Assembly (NCBI GenBank): GCA_041665325.1 | Contig: JBAYJB010000003.1 | Span: forward strand, 1,502-65,501 | Length of the DNA stretch: 64,000 bases | Direction of reading: 5' to 3' | Source: Minisyncoccota bacterium | GTDB taxonomy: Bacteria; Patescibacteriota; Minisyncoccia; Phycocordibacterales; PALSA-1337 | Part shown: positions 37,507-46,540 of the stretch, piece by piece | Layout: the number at the start of each line of letters is the position of its first letter | Numbering within the stretch: the first letter of the stretch is position 1 | Position numbers and translations under genes: made by a program | The notes under the pieces: generated by a model | Databases searched by the model: none | Seen by the model: the letters and a program-made list of their open reading frames with translations, nothing else | Told to the model about the DNA's origin: nothing

Positions 37507-39264
37507 TCAAAAAGGTAGATTAACAAAGTTGAGTATCAGAGAATCCATGAAGAAGCTGGCAATGATATATATGATGAGGATCGGGACAAATAGGTACCAG
37601 TACCGCTCGAATCTCTTGAAGAAGAATGAGGCGATGACCACTAGGGCCGGCACCATGACAAAGGCGATGCGCTGAGTGATGGCAGGCCACAATAGCATGG
37701 GCGCGGCTGACAGCAAGAAGCACAGCGTGAAGGCTTTGATGTTCCGACTTGGATGACGCCAGAGGTAATAAGCCCCGGCGATGACCAGGATCGCCAGCAG
37801 GTTGGTGAGCGACCCCATGACCTTCACGTATTCGACCACCCTTGAAGAATAGTGATAATAACCCTGTGCAAAAGAAAGCCAGTCAAAATAGGTATAGTCG
37901 TATATGCGATAGACCGCCAGGTGGAGGATGAGTGTCGGAATGATCATGATGAGCACCGGTCGCCAGATCTTCTTCAGAAATATCGTGACCGACGGGAAGC
38001 ACTCATATATGAGGTACAGGCCGATGAGACACGCCCCGAGGAGTGCATACTCCTTGAAGAGCCCACCGATGCCCACAGCTAGAGAGGCCAACCAGAGGTA
38101 GCCCTGTCGGCCCGAGCGCGCGTAGCACAAGACACCCAGGGCCGAGGCGATATAGAATACCCACCCACCGATATCCATGAAGTAACTCAAGCCAAAAGTG
38201 ACCATCGCGTAGTTCCCTGCCAAGAACAGCGCCGAGAGCGTGGCCACCTTGTCACTGCCATGGATGCGCTTGATCAGTTCGTAGAAGAGTAGCGTGGAGA
38301 TAACATAGAAGATGACATTCATGATGAGCCAGCCGTTGTCATAGCTTCCGAAGATCTTCGACAAGCCGGCGATAGTCCAGAGTCCGCCGGTGGCCGTCAG
38401 GATCCTATTCGGCACAAAATGCGTTGGGGCCTGCCCGTGCTCCAGAATGCTGATGGCCTGTATGTATGAGGGCGCGTCGCTCATCGGATCGATTTGGGAA
38501 TGGTATACCATGACTGAAGCCGCCACGAGTGCGGCTGTACATGCGAGGCAGGCGATGAAGTAGATGCGCTTCTGGACTCGGCCAAGGCTGCCAAACCATT
38601 CCTTGAGGATGAGAGCGATCGTCTGAAAGCCATCGCGATATCTGATCTTCTTGCCGTGAGCGGCGTCGCGCGGTGCATAAGTGATGGGCACTTCCCTGAT
38701 ATCACAACCAGCACGAATGGCACGCAAAGTGAAGATAACTTCCGAGTCGAAGCGGCCCGGACCGAACAAGCCCTTCAACTTACCCGGGAAGAGCTTGTAG
38801 CAAGTCCAGATGTCTGTCAGATTGACGCCATAGAGGATGTTGACCATCTTGGTGATGATCCAGACGCCGAGACGCGAGATGATAAAGCCTTTGCGTGTGT
38901 GGCCGGTGATGTTGCGGGAGCCATACACGACGGAATCATCGCCAGTGATGGCTGCGACTAGATGAGGAATTTGGTTGGGATGATATTCCAGATCGGCGTC
39001 CTGGATGAGGATGAAGTCCCCTTTCGCCGCCGCTAGACCATCTTTGACGGCCGAACCCTTGCCTCCGTTCGTAGTCCGAAGGATGATACTGGCCTTATCC
39101 TTGAGCCCAGCGAGGATATCGCGAGTGCCGTCGGTGGAACAATCGTCGACTACCACGACCTCGATCTGCCAGCCCGGGATGGAGACTGCGAAGACTCGCG
39201 ACAAAAGCTCGCGGATAGTCGCCTGTTCGTTGAAACTCGGGATGATGATGGAGAGAGTTTTCAT
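37507..39264 (-). CDS. GT2 (polyprenol-phosphate glycosyltransferase) fused to a GT-C-like membrane domain
   Basis: IIPSFNE, VDDCSTD, QDADLEY, followed by ~10 TM helices. Confidence 0.85.
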   Translation of the reverse strand: MKTLSIIIPSFNEQATIRELLSRVFAVSIPGWQIEVVVVDDCSTDGTRDILAGLKDKASIILRTTNGGKGSAVKDGLAAAKGDFILIQDADLEYHPNQIPHLVAAITGDDSVVYGSRNITGHTRKGFIISRLGVWIITKMVNILYGVNLTDIWTCYKLFPGKLKGLFGPGRFDSEVIFTLRAIRAGCDIREVPITYAPRDAAHGKKIRYRDGFQTIALILKEWFGSLGRVQKRIYFIACLACTAALVAASVMVYHSQIDPMSDAPSYIQAISILEHGQAPTHFVPNRILTATGGLWTIAGLSKIFGSYDNGWLIMNVIFYVISTLLFYELIKRIHGSDKVATLSALFLAGNYAMVTFGLSYFMDIGGWVFYIASALGVLCYARSGRQGYLWLASLAVGIGGLFKEYALLGACLIGLYLIYECFPSVTIFLKKIWRPVLIMIIPTLILHLAVYRIYDYTYFDWLSFAQGYYHYSSRVVEYVKVMGSLTNLLAILVIAGAYYLWRHPSRNIKAFTLCFLLSAAPMLLWPAITQRIAFVMVPALVVIASFFFKRFERYWYLFVPILIIYIIASFFMDSLILNFVNLPF

Positions 39265-39980
39265 TTCAGTCTTTTGCGCAAGCGGAATAGGTCGCCGAAC
39301 ATCTTCAGAGAATCACCGAACAGCGAAACCTTGGATTCGTCAGTATCTCGCCAGATGATGTCTATTGATCGGATGGTAAATATTTGTCGGACCGAAACAG
39401 CCAAGAGTTCCGTGTCGAAAAGAAATCCGGTCTCTTGCATCCGTGAAGCGATCTTGAGGAATGATTCCTTCTTCATAGCCTTGAAGCCGCACTGATGGTC
39501 ATCAAATGTGGTGTCAAGAAGAACTCGCACCATGAGATTGTACACCGCCGAAACAGCTTTGCGCGTGAATCTCTTGGAAAAGACCTGTGAACTCTTGCCA
39601 AGTCGATTGCCGATGGCCAGATCGGCGCCCTTGACGATTATTTCATCTACAAGCGGTAGAAATGAATTAAGATCCGAGGATAGGTCGGTATCCATGAACG
39701 AAAGGACATCTCCAGTGCTCCCGCTCCAAGCCGTCCTGATGGCTAACCCCTTCCCTTTCTGTGTGAGATTCAAAACTCTGACTTGCGGAAAATGTTTGGC
39801 CAGATCAGCAGCGACCGCGGCAGACGAGTCAACGCTGGCATTGTTAACCAGTGTGATGACATGCTTATATGGAAATATACTATCCCGCAAAAATCCGACC
39901 AGTCGCTCGACCGATGAACGCAAAATCTTCTCTTCGTTGTAGAGCGGGATGACTATATCGATAAGAGGGTGATCGGGCAT
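39261..39980 (-). CDS. GT2 dolichyl/polyprenyl-phosphate glycosyltransferase
   Basis: IPLYNEE, GKG, MDTDLS, DHQCGFK, FDTELL. Confidence 0.9.
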   Translation of the reverse strand: MPDHPLIDIVIPLYNEEKILRSSVERLVGFLRDSIFPYKHVITLVNNASVDSSAAVAADLAKHFPQVRVLNLTQKGKGLAIRTAWSGSTGDVLSFMDTDLSSDLNSFLPLVDEIIVKGADLAIGNRLGKSSQVFSKRFTRKAVSAVYNLMVRVLLDTTFDDHQCGFKAMKKESFLKIASRMQETGFLFDTELLAVSVRQIFTIRSIDIIWRDTDESKVSLFGDSLKMFGDLFRLRKRLK

Positions 39981-39981
39981 G

Positions 39982-41433
39982 TTATATCTTTTGCCTGCGA
40001 GCTAAGATCGAATACTTATAGACCTTGGCGATCTCCGTATAGTGATCAAATACGCCGGTTTTATCGGCTTCAAAATAGTTGGTTGGCGCCACTACCTTGT
40101 CGACTCTTCCAGCAGCGAGTACCGGCAGATTCTCCGACCCGAGCGAGCGATCGAATAAGATGATGTACTGATAATAATTCCGCCCGTGCATGAATGGCAC
40201 GACATCAGGAGTATTGTAGAAGAAGACCGACTCGGAACCCTTGATCTCGTTTGTGAAATAAGCTTGCAGTGAAGCCGTTTTGTGGCTCGAATAGGTTTGG
40301 GCTACCCAAGAGTTGAAGCCGAGTTGATATACGCCGAGGATGCCGAGCAGAATGATAGCTATCACATACATCCGCTTCGCATGCCAAACTGACACCTTAC
40401 GTGAGATAGCTTCGGAGATATAGAGCAGTGAATATGGAAAGAAGATGAGGGAGAGAAGCTGTGCTGGCAAAAGATACCGATACAAGCCCGGGGTGCGCAA
40501 ATAAGCAAAGAAGATGAGGACGGAGAATGCGAAAGCAATGATCTCTTCGGCATGCAGCTTGATCCTGGCCTTGATACGCATGAAGAAAGCTACAGCCCAA
40601 ACCAAGAGGAGCGATACGGTGTAGAGCGGCCCGACATCCGAAAATAGATGGCGGATATTGTTGAGGATGACCCCCCTTACATCAGTGAGACTGTATGGGT
40701 TGGCATAATAATTCAGAGTCTCGGTGAGTGAATCACCGGCACGGAATTGGACAACGAGCCAGATAAGCACGGGGATGAACATACTGGCCGCGCCGATGCC
40801 GATCTCCTTCAGTGACAGGGTTCCCCTTCTCCATTCGAGATATGAGGCAATCAGGATACCAGGTACGATCACGATGAAGGTCGGCTTAGTAGCCACAGCA
40901 AGGCCAGCCAACAACCCAGAGAGGACGATCCAGAATATCTTGCGGGCGTCATCGGCCCTAACGTTCCACGACGAGATCAGGAACAGAAGCAGATAGAAAA
41001 GTCCGGGAACTTCACCCATGACACTCTTGCCATTGCCATAGAGCGGTGGGAAGGTGGCGACCATGGTTAGCACAGCCAAAGCCACAACGGACCCGTACAT
41101 CTTCTTGGAGAGGAGGTAGCTTGCGGCCACGAAGCCGATCAGGAAGAGAGCCATAAGGAAGCGTGCCTGGAAGATGCCGACTGAGAAGATCTTAAACCAA
41201 AGGCCAAGCGGGTATATGAGCGGATATCCGACGGTCAAGAATGTAGTGATGTGATTTATTTGGCCCGGGGCCATCTGTATTCCGTCTATGCCCGTAGTCG
41301 CCAGATTGGCCGAGGTCTGGAAATACCAGCCTTCATCGAACATGAATGACGGGCTCTCAGTAAGATGAAAGAACCCGAAGAATATCACCAGAACGAACAA
41401 GGCTATGAGACAAATTTTCTGAGTGGTCGACAT
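39982..41433 (-). CDS. GT-C (ArnT/PMT-like) glycosyltransferase
   Basis: FDEGWY after TM1, multi-TM, ATKP, RYLLP. Confidence 0.85.
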   Translation of the reverse strand: MSTTQKICLIALFVLVIFFGFFHLTESPSFMFDEGWYFQTSANLATTGIDGIQMAPGQINHITTFLTVGYPLIYPLGLWFKIFSVGIFQARFLMALFLIGFVAASYLLSKKMYGSVVALAVLTMVATFPPLYGNGKSVMGEVPGLFYLLLFLISSWNVRADDARKIFWIVLSGLLAGLAVATKPTFIVIVPGILIASYLEWRRGTLSLKEIGIGAASMFIPVLIWLVVQFRAGDSLTETLNYYANPYSLTDVRGVILNNIRHLFSDVGPLYTVSLLLVWAVAFFMRIKARIKLHAEEIIAFAFSVLIFFAYLRTPGLYRYLLPAQLLSLIFFPYSLLYISEAISRKVSVWHAKRMYVIAIILLGILGVYQLGFNSWVAQTYSSHKTASLQAYFTNEIKGSESVFFYNTPDVVPFMHGRNYYQYIILFDRSLGSENLPVLAAGRVDKVVAPTNYFEADKTGVFDHYTEIAKVYKYSILARRQKI

Positions 41434-41498
41434 GGCAGTATTCTGTGATAATATGTTGAAGCAATTGTAGCCGAAATCCCCAGTAAAAACCAGACTTT

Positions 41499-42401
41499 AT
41501 GGAAAATCCCGCGGCTTCTATCCTCAAGAAAATAATCTCGCTGGTCCCTAAGAAGGCAGTGCGCTTCAGCTACCTCAAACTCTGCAAACCTAAGCCCCTG
41601 AGAGCCCTTGCTGACGGCCTCATCAGGAAGCTCACACCCATCCAGATCGTCCTGCCCGAAGGAACCGTCTTTCTGGACCAGAACGATCCGGCCGTATCGG
41701 GTGCGTTGGCCATGGGCGCACATGATCCATACGAGATCGAATGCTTCCGGAACGCGCTCAAAACAGACATGAATGTCGTCGACATCGGCGCGAATATCGG
41801 ATACTACACCGTGGTCGCCGCCGGGCGAGTCGGGTCGCAAGGAAAGGTGTTCGCTTACGAGCCGGAAAGCCACAACTTTTCCTTGCTCGAGAAGAATATC
41901 GAGGCCAACAAGTTCACGTGGACCACACCAATCAAAGCTGGTCTCTCCGACAAGCCCGGCAAGCGCATTCTGTTCGTAGCCGAAGAGCACACCGGCATCC
42001 ATTCATTTGCGGACAACCGCGGCGCTGGAAGTGGCGTAGAGGTAGAGACGGACACGCTCGACCATTCTCTGGAAAGTTACGGCTCACCCAAGATAGACCT
42101 GATCAAGATGGACATCGAAGGAGCAGAGATATTGGCTCTCCAAGGCATGAAGCAGACATTTGCGCGCAATCCGGGACTCATCCTATTTATCGAGCTATAT
42201 CCCCAGGCTATCGAGAGGTTCGGCCACAGAGCGATCGAACTGCTCGATATCCTCAAGGAATCTGGGTTTACGCTGTCGATCATTGATGAAGACAAAAAAG
42301 CCATCACACCTCTGCCAGAAGCTGAGTTCAGATCATTCATAGAGAGCTTCCCCGCCACGGGCGAGGTCGCCAAGAATATATACGCGGTCCGTTCTAGATG
42401 A
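41499..42401 (+). CDS. FkbM family methyltransferase
   Basis: VDIGANIGYY, AYEP, KMDIEGAE. Confidence 0.92.
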   Translation: MENPAASILKKIISLVPKKAVRFSYLKLCKPKPLRALADGLIRKLTPIQIVLPEGTVFLDQNDPAVSGALAMGAHDPYEIECFRNALKTDMNVVDIGANIGYYTVVAAGRVGSQGKVFAYEPESHNFSLLEKNIEANKFTWTTPIKAGLSDKPGKRILFVAEEHTGIHSFADNRGAGSGVEVETDTLDHSLESYGSPKIDLIKMDIEGAEILALQGMKQTFARNPGLILFIELYPQAIERFGHRAIELLDILKESGFTLSIIDEDKKAITPLPEAEFRSFIESFPATGEVAKNIYAVRSR

Positions 42402-43449
42402 CCTTAGAGAGGATATCCACGAGCGACTGCGCGACTTCTGTTGGCCGGTGCTTACACGCTGTATCATAGCCATGTTTGGCCAAAGAATCTCGAAGTGATT
42501 TGTCAGCCGCTAGTTTGGTGATACCGTTTACTATCGACTGCGGATCATTCTTGACCAAGAGCATGTCTTCGTCCGTAAATATCTCTCTCACCGCCGGCGT
42601 GTCCATAGTGATCATCGGCCGCTCTGTCGCTAAACCCTCATACACTTTATTTGGTATCACTCGCATGGTCTTTGCCCGGTCGCCGAATACGCCGAGGACG
42701 ATATCGGCTTCGGCTAGATAATTGTTCAGATCGGTCAGGGGGACATTGCGATCGATGAACTCTATATTGTCGAGCTTATATCTATCCGCAAGACTTCTCG
42801 CCAGAGGCAGTTCCCTGCCAGCTCCGATCATCCTGAATCTCAAATCTTTTTTGTCTCTGCATAGATTGACTGCCTCGATGATATTGCATGCACCCTGCAG
42901 GGGGATGTAGGTGCCGTGGAAATGAACTAGTGTGTAGTCTTTTTTTGTCGCGGGCTTTGGGTAAAATACTTTGTCGTTTATGCCAAGATATACAGTAAAT
43001 ATCTTCTCGGAATTAACTAAGAACCATCTGGCCCAATACTCCTTGTGCTGTTCTGTGTCGGCAACGATCATGTCTGCAAACATGAGGCCAAACCAATCCA
43101 ATATCAATAACTTGAGCGCCTTGGGTCCGAAACGTGAGTATTTCCGCCGATCATTCACGACCGAATCGAACATGGAGTAGAAGGCGTCCGACACGACCGG
43201 CTTCTTCGAGATCATCTTGGCTAGGATAGTCGAGACCGGAGACGGATACGCGGCATAGACGAAGTCATAGTCATCACGGAGCGCGCGCAGGGACTTCTTG
43301 AGCTTGGCGTATCTCTTTGGGTCGCGCCAATCTTCGCGGCATTCGACGACGTCGACGCCGGCCTGGCGCAAACCGGCCAGGAGGATGGCATTCCGGCTAT
43401 AGGCCGGGTCGTATATCCCAAAGAAACATATTTTCAGCGGCTGGCCCAT
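42394..43449 (-). CDS. GT4 glycosyltransferase
   Basis: Paralog of 36440-37492 (CFFGIYDP..RN; VIPNKVYEGLA). Start placed at MGQPLKIC. Confidence 0.87.
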   Translation of the reverse strand: MGQPLKICFFGIYDPAYSRNAILLAGLRQAGVDVVECREDWRDPKRYAKLKKSLRALRDDYDFVYAAYPSPVSTILAKMISKKPVVSDAFYSMFDSVVNDRRKYSRFGPKALKLLILDWFGLMFADMIVADTEQHKEYWARWFLVNSEKIFTVYLGINDKVFYPKPATKKDYTLVHFHGTYIPLQGACNIIEAVNLCRDKKDLRFRMIGAGRELPLARSLADRYKLDNIEFIDRNVPLTDLNNYLAEADIVLGVFGDRAKTMRVIPNKVYEGLATERPMITMDTPAVREIFTDEDMLLVKNDPQSIVNGITKLAADKSLRDSLAKHGYDTACKHRPTEVAQSLVDILSKVI

Positions 43450-44207
43450 CCGAGTGTTAGTTTGATGCGGTACCAGAGCATCTTGATGAATAAGATCCGG
43501 GAAAGATATGACGCCAGTCCTTCCCTCTTCCTTCCCTCGGCCACGCTGAATCCTTCGCGTTCCAAGTGTCTGACGGCCTCGTATAACCATGTATCCTTGC
43601 TAATCCCGTGGACATAAGGAAGTGCCGGCAATCCCTTCTTGACTGATAGAAACAGTTCCTTCAGCTTGCAACTCTCCTCACTACCCTCGCTCTCGCACTC
43701 GGCCGGAGTCCATTCGGGTTTCAAGAAGAATTCCAGGACTGCCTTCTTCCATATGGCCGCCTGGAATGAAACCGAGTACTTGTCGCTCTTAGCGATGATC
43801 CCCAGACTTGCGTCCTCCGGATATGCGATCTTGGGAGGAGGCACCGGACAAAGTCTGATACAGCCGATGCCGTCCCGGCGCAGGAGATCATCCAAGCGCT
43901 TGATCCTGGCCGTATCGATCGGCTCCGACAGGAAATAATCCGTATGAAGGACGATGAGGCGTTCGGCCCCGATGCGGGAGATTCCCTCCCTCATCCTGCT
44001 CGTCCACTGTTCGAGCCAAGGGCGGCCGGTATCGGCCGGCACCAGAAGCGGCAGGACACGCGGATCGGGAAAGGTTTTTCCCTCGGAAAAAAGGTATATC
44101 GGATATGGGCAATCCGGCCAATATCTGAAAAGCAGACCGAAGAAGGCGGGCCATGTGTCTGAATAAGAATCCCTGGCGGCGATGAGGATAGCCGTATCGG
44201 ATTTCAT
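43434..44207 (-). CDS. Putative GT-A fold glycosyltransferase
   Basis: DSYSDTW...FRYWPDCPYPIY, HTDYF, SFQAAIW; context. Confidence 0.6.
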   Translation of the reverse strand: MKSDTAILIAARDSYSDTWPAFFGLLFRYWPDCPYPIYLFSEGKTFPDPRVLPLLVPADTGRPWLEQWTSRMREGISRIGAERLIVLHTDYFLSEPIDTARIKRLDDLLRRDGIGCIRLCPVPPPKIAYPEDASLGIIAKSDKYSVSFQAAIWKKAVLEFFLKPEWTPAECESEGSEESCKLKELFLSVKKGLPALPYVHGISKDTWLYEAVRHLEREGFSVAEGRKREGLASYLSRILFIKMLWYRIKLTLGWASR

Positions 44208-44260
44208 GCCGCCACTATACCATTTAATATGGGCTTGTTGTATGATGCACGATACCTAAT

Positions 44261-45262
44261 ATGACATCGATAGCCATAATCCTGCCTGACAAAAGCAAAG
44301 ATTATATCGCCAATTCGGTCCTCGACGGGTTCCGCGCCCTGGAACATACCGGAGATTATTTCGTCCGTATCTCGCCGCGGTTCATCCCGATCGCCGACTA
44401 TGCCGACTGGGAGCTCGAGGAGGGCGCCTTCATAGAATTCGCCAAGAAAGCCGATCTCATCCTCTACATCCACGCCAAATACACCTCACGCGAGCTTGTA
44501 GACAAGATCGGCCTGTGGGACAAGACCATAACCATCGACGGTCACGAGGTCGGCAAAGACAACCGGTACGATTTCACCATCCAGAAGGGACTCCTAGACG
44601 GGACATTCAAGAGCGGCGGTTCTATCCAGCAAGATCTCCTCGCCAAGTGCCGCCGATACTTCAGACGAGAGAGGCCTTACATCGACGGGATCATCCCCTT
44701 CCCATTCGCCATCGAGAAGCGCTTCATGAAATATGTCCCCGGCCAGAAGAAAGACATAGACTTCACCTGCATCTTCGGCCAAGACGAGCACCCGCTGATG
44801 CGCCGGTACGCTACGGAGATGCTGGAGAGTTATTGTGCGAAGAACGGATTCACCTGCATGACGGCCAAGACGAACCACATCCTGCTGAACCGCGACTTCC
44901 GGAACACCAAGTCGCAAGCCAAATTCCATGACATCCTAGCGAGGACCAAGGTCGGCGTATCAGTCGGTGGGTCCGGCTTCGACACCTTGCGCTTCTGGGA
45001 GATCCTGGCCAACAACTGCGTCCTCCTGACGGAATCCATCGACATCTATGATCTCGGCAGTGACGCGCTGAAGTTCAAGCGGATCTTCGAGTTCAAGAAT
45101 CTTTTCGAATTCAAATACCAACTGGAGGAGCTGGGCAAACTCATCAAGTCCGGCAGGATCGATGACTATCTCGGACAAGGAGAGTATACGGCCATCCTAG
45201 ACAAACATTTGTCTGGACCGCGAGTGCGCGAACTAGTCAGGATTTCGCTCCAGCCAAAATAA
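44261..45262 (+). CDS. Putative GT-B glycosyltransferase
   Basis: KDIDF, GGSGFDTLRFWEILA C-terminal GT-B motif. Confidence 0.7.
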   Translation: MTSIAIILPDKSKDYIANSVLDGFRALEHTGDYFVRISPRFIPIADYADWELEEGAFIEFAKKADLILYIHAKYTSRELVDKIGLWDKTITIDGHEVGKDNRYDFTIQKGLLDGTFKSGGSIQQDLLAKCRRYFRRERPYIDGIIPFPFAIEKRFMKYVPGQKKDIDFTCIFGQDEHPLMRRYATEMLESYCAKNGFTCMTAKTNHILLNRDFRNTKSQAKFHDILARTKVGVSVGGSGFDTLRFWEILANNCVLLTESIDIYDLGSDALKFKRIFEFKNLFEFKYQLEELGKLIKSGRIDDYLGQGEYTAILDKHLSGPRVRELVRISLQPK

Positions 45263-45267
45263 CAGAG

Positions 45268-46533
45268 TTATAGGAACCTCATCTTCCTGGCCGCAAAGAC
45301 GGTCATTTTGAGCAGGAGCCAGCCGTGCTTCCAGCGGCTGATATTGGTCTCGCCATATACGCGCTCCTTGTAGTGGATCGGCAGATCGACGATCTTGAGA
45401 TTGAGCTTGGCCGCCCCGAAGAGCAAGTCAAAGTCGCCGAAGGGATCGAAATCACCAAAGAAGCTCCGGCCCCGTTGGATCTTGTCATAATCAGCCCTCC
45501 ATAGGACCTTGGTGCCGCAGAGCGTATCTTTGAGCGGCTGGCCGAGGATCCAACTGAAAGCCAGACTGAAGAATTTGTTGCCGAAGAAGTTGAGGACGCG
45601 CATGGAATCCTTCTCCAGGGGGTATACGAGCCGCGAGCCATTGACGAAGTCGGCCTTGTTCCCCACAAGCGCATCATAGAACTTGCCCAGTTCATCGGCT
45701 GGCACAGTCATGTCGGCATCATAGATCGCCAGGATGTCGCCTGTCGCCATATCGAAGCCCTTCCTGACGGCATCGCCCTTGCCGCGGCCTTCCTGTTTGC
45801 AGTACTTGATATTATGCGTCTTACCGAGGAGGCCCGACACCCTCACAATCTCATCATAAGTGTTATCGGTCGAATTCCCTTCGACGAAGATGATCTCGGT
45901 CGATGAGCCGAGCCGCGGCAGGTCACGGGCGATCTTCTCGATCGTACCGGCTTCATTGCGGGCCGGAACGACGATGGAGATCGATGGACCGCCTTTCTGG
46001 GCCTGTGCCGGGAGGCGCGGCACCGGCTTGCGTACGATGAGATAATGGATGAGTCCTAGATGCGTGAACGGCCAGATGTTGGCGATGAAGTGGTTGAAGA
46101 TAAAGGAGACGATCGGTATATAGACAGGCACGAGCATCTTCGCCCCGGATCTGACTGTCTCCAGCCCGGCCAGATGGGCGAAATTCTTGAGATCATTCCT
46201 GGTCAGCCAGTTCTGCTCGATGATCTCGCGACGCAGGCGGAGGTGCGAAGCCAGACGCAAGACCGGCTCCCACAAGACATTGTATTGGGTGATGACGATA
46301 CGGCCGTCATCGTGGAGCGACTCTTTGGCTTGCAGCAAGAATGACTGGACATCAGCGACATAACCGAGGATATCAGTCGCGACAATATAGTCATATCGTC
46401 CGGCAGGAATGGACACCCCCCTATTCTTGACGGCTTCCTGCTGATCGATGATGAGAATCCTGGCATCCTTAGGTACAGTAAAAGCGATGAATCTGACAAG
46501 GTAGTCGTAATAATAATTCTTGAGATGGGACAT
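45268..46533 (-). CDS. GT2 glycosyltransferase with a degenerate N-terminal methyltransferase-like domain
   Basis: VPARNEAG, GKGDAV, YDADMT, DTLCGTK, DPFGDFDLL. Start placed at MSHLKN. Confidence 0.88.
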   Translation of the reverse strand: MSHLKNYYYDYLVRFIAFTVPKDARILIIDQQEAVKNRGVSIPAGRYDYIVATDILGYVADVQSFLLQAKESLHDDGRIVITQYNVLWEPVLRLASHLRLRREIIEQNWLTRNDLKNFAHLAGLETVRSGAKMLVPVYIPIVSFIFNHFIANIWPFTHLGLIHYLIVRKPVPRLPAQAQKGGPSISIVVPARNEAGTIEKIARDLPRLGSSTEIIFVEGNSTDNTYDEIVRVSGLLGKTHNIKYCKQEGRGKGDAVRKGFDMATGDILAIYDADMTVPADELGKFYDALVGNKADFVNGSRLVYPLEKDSMRVLNFFGNKFFSLAFSWILGQPLKDTLCGTKVLWRADYDKIQRGRSFFGDFDPFGDFDLLFGAAKLNLKIVDLPIHYKERVYGETNISRWKHGWLLLKMTVFAARKMRFL

Positions 46534-46540
46534 GATGGAA

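Noticed and set aside
45985-46030. Possible additional hairpin insert (PRLPAQAQKGG) in the GT2 linker
   Set aside because: Pairing is weak and there is no similarity to the three-copy element.
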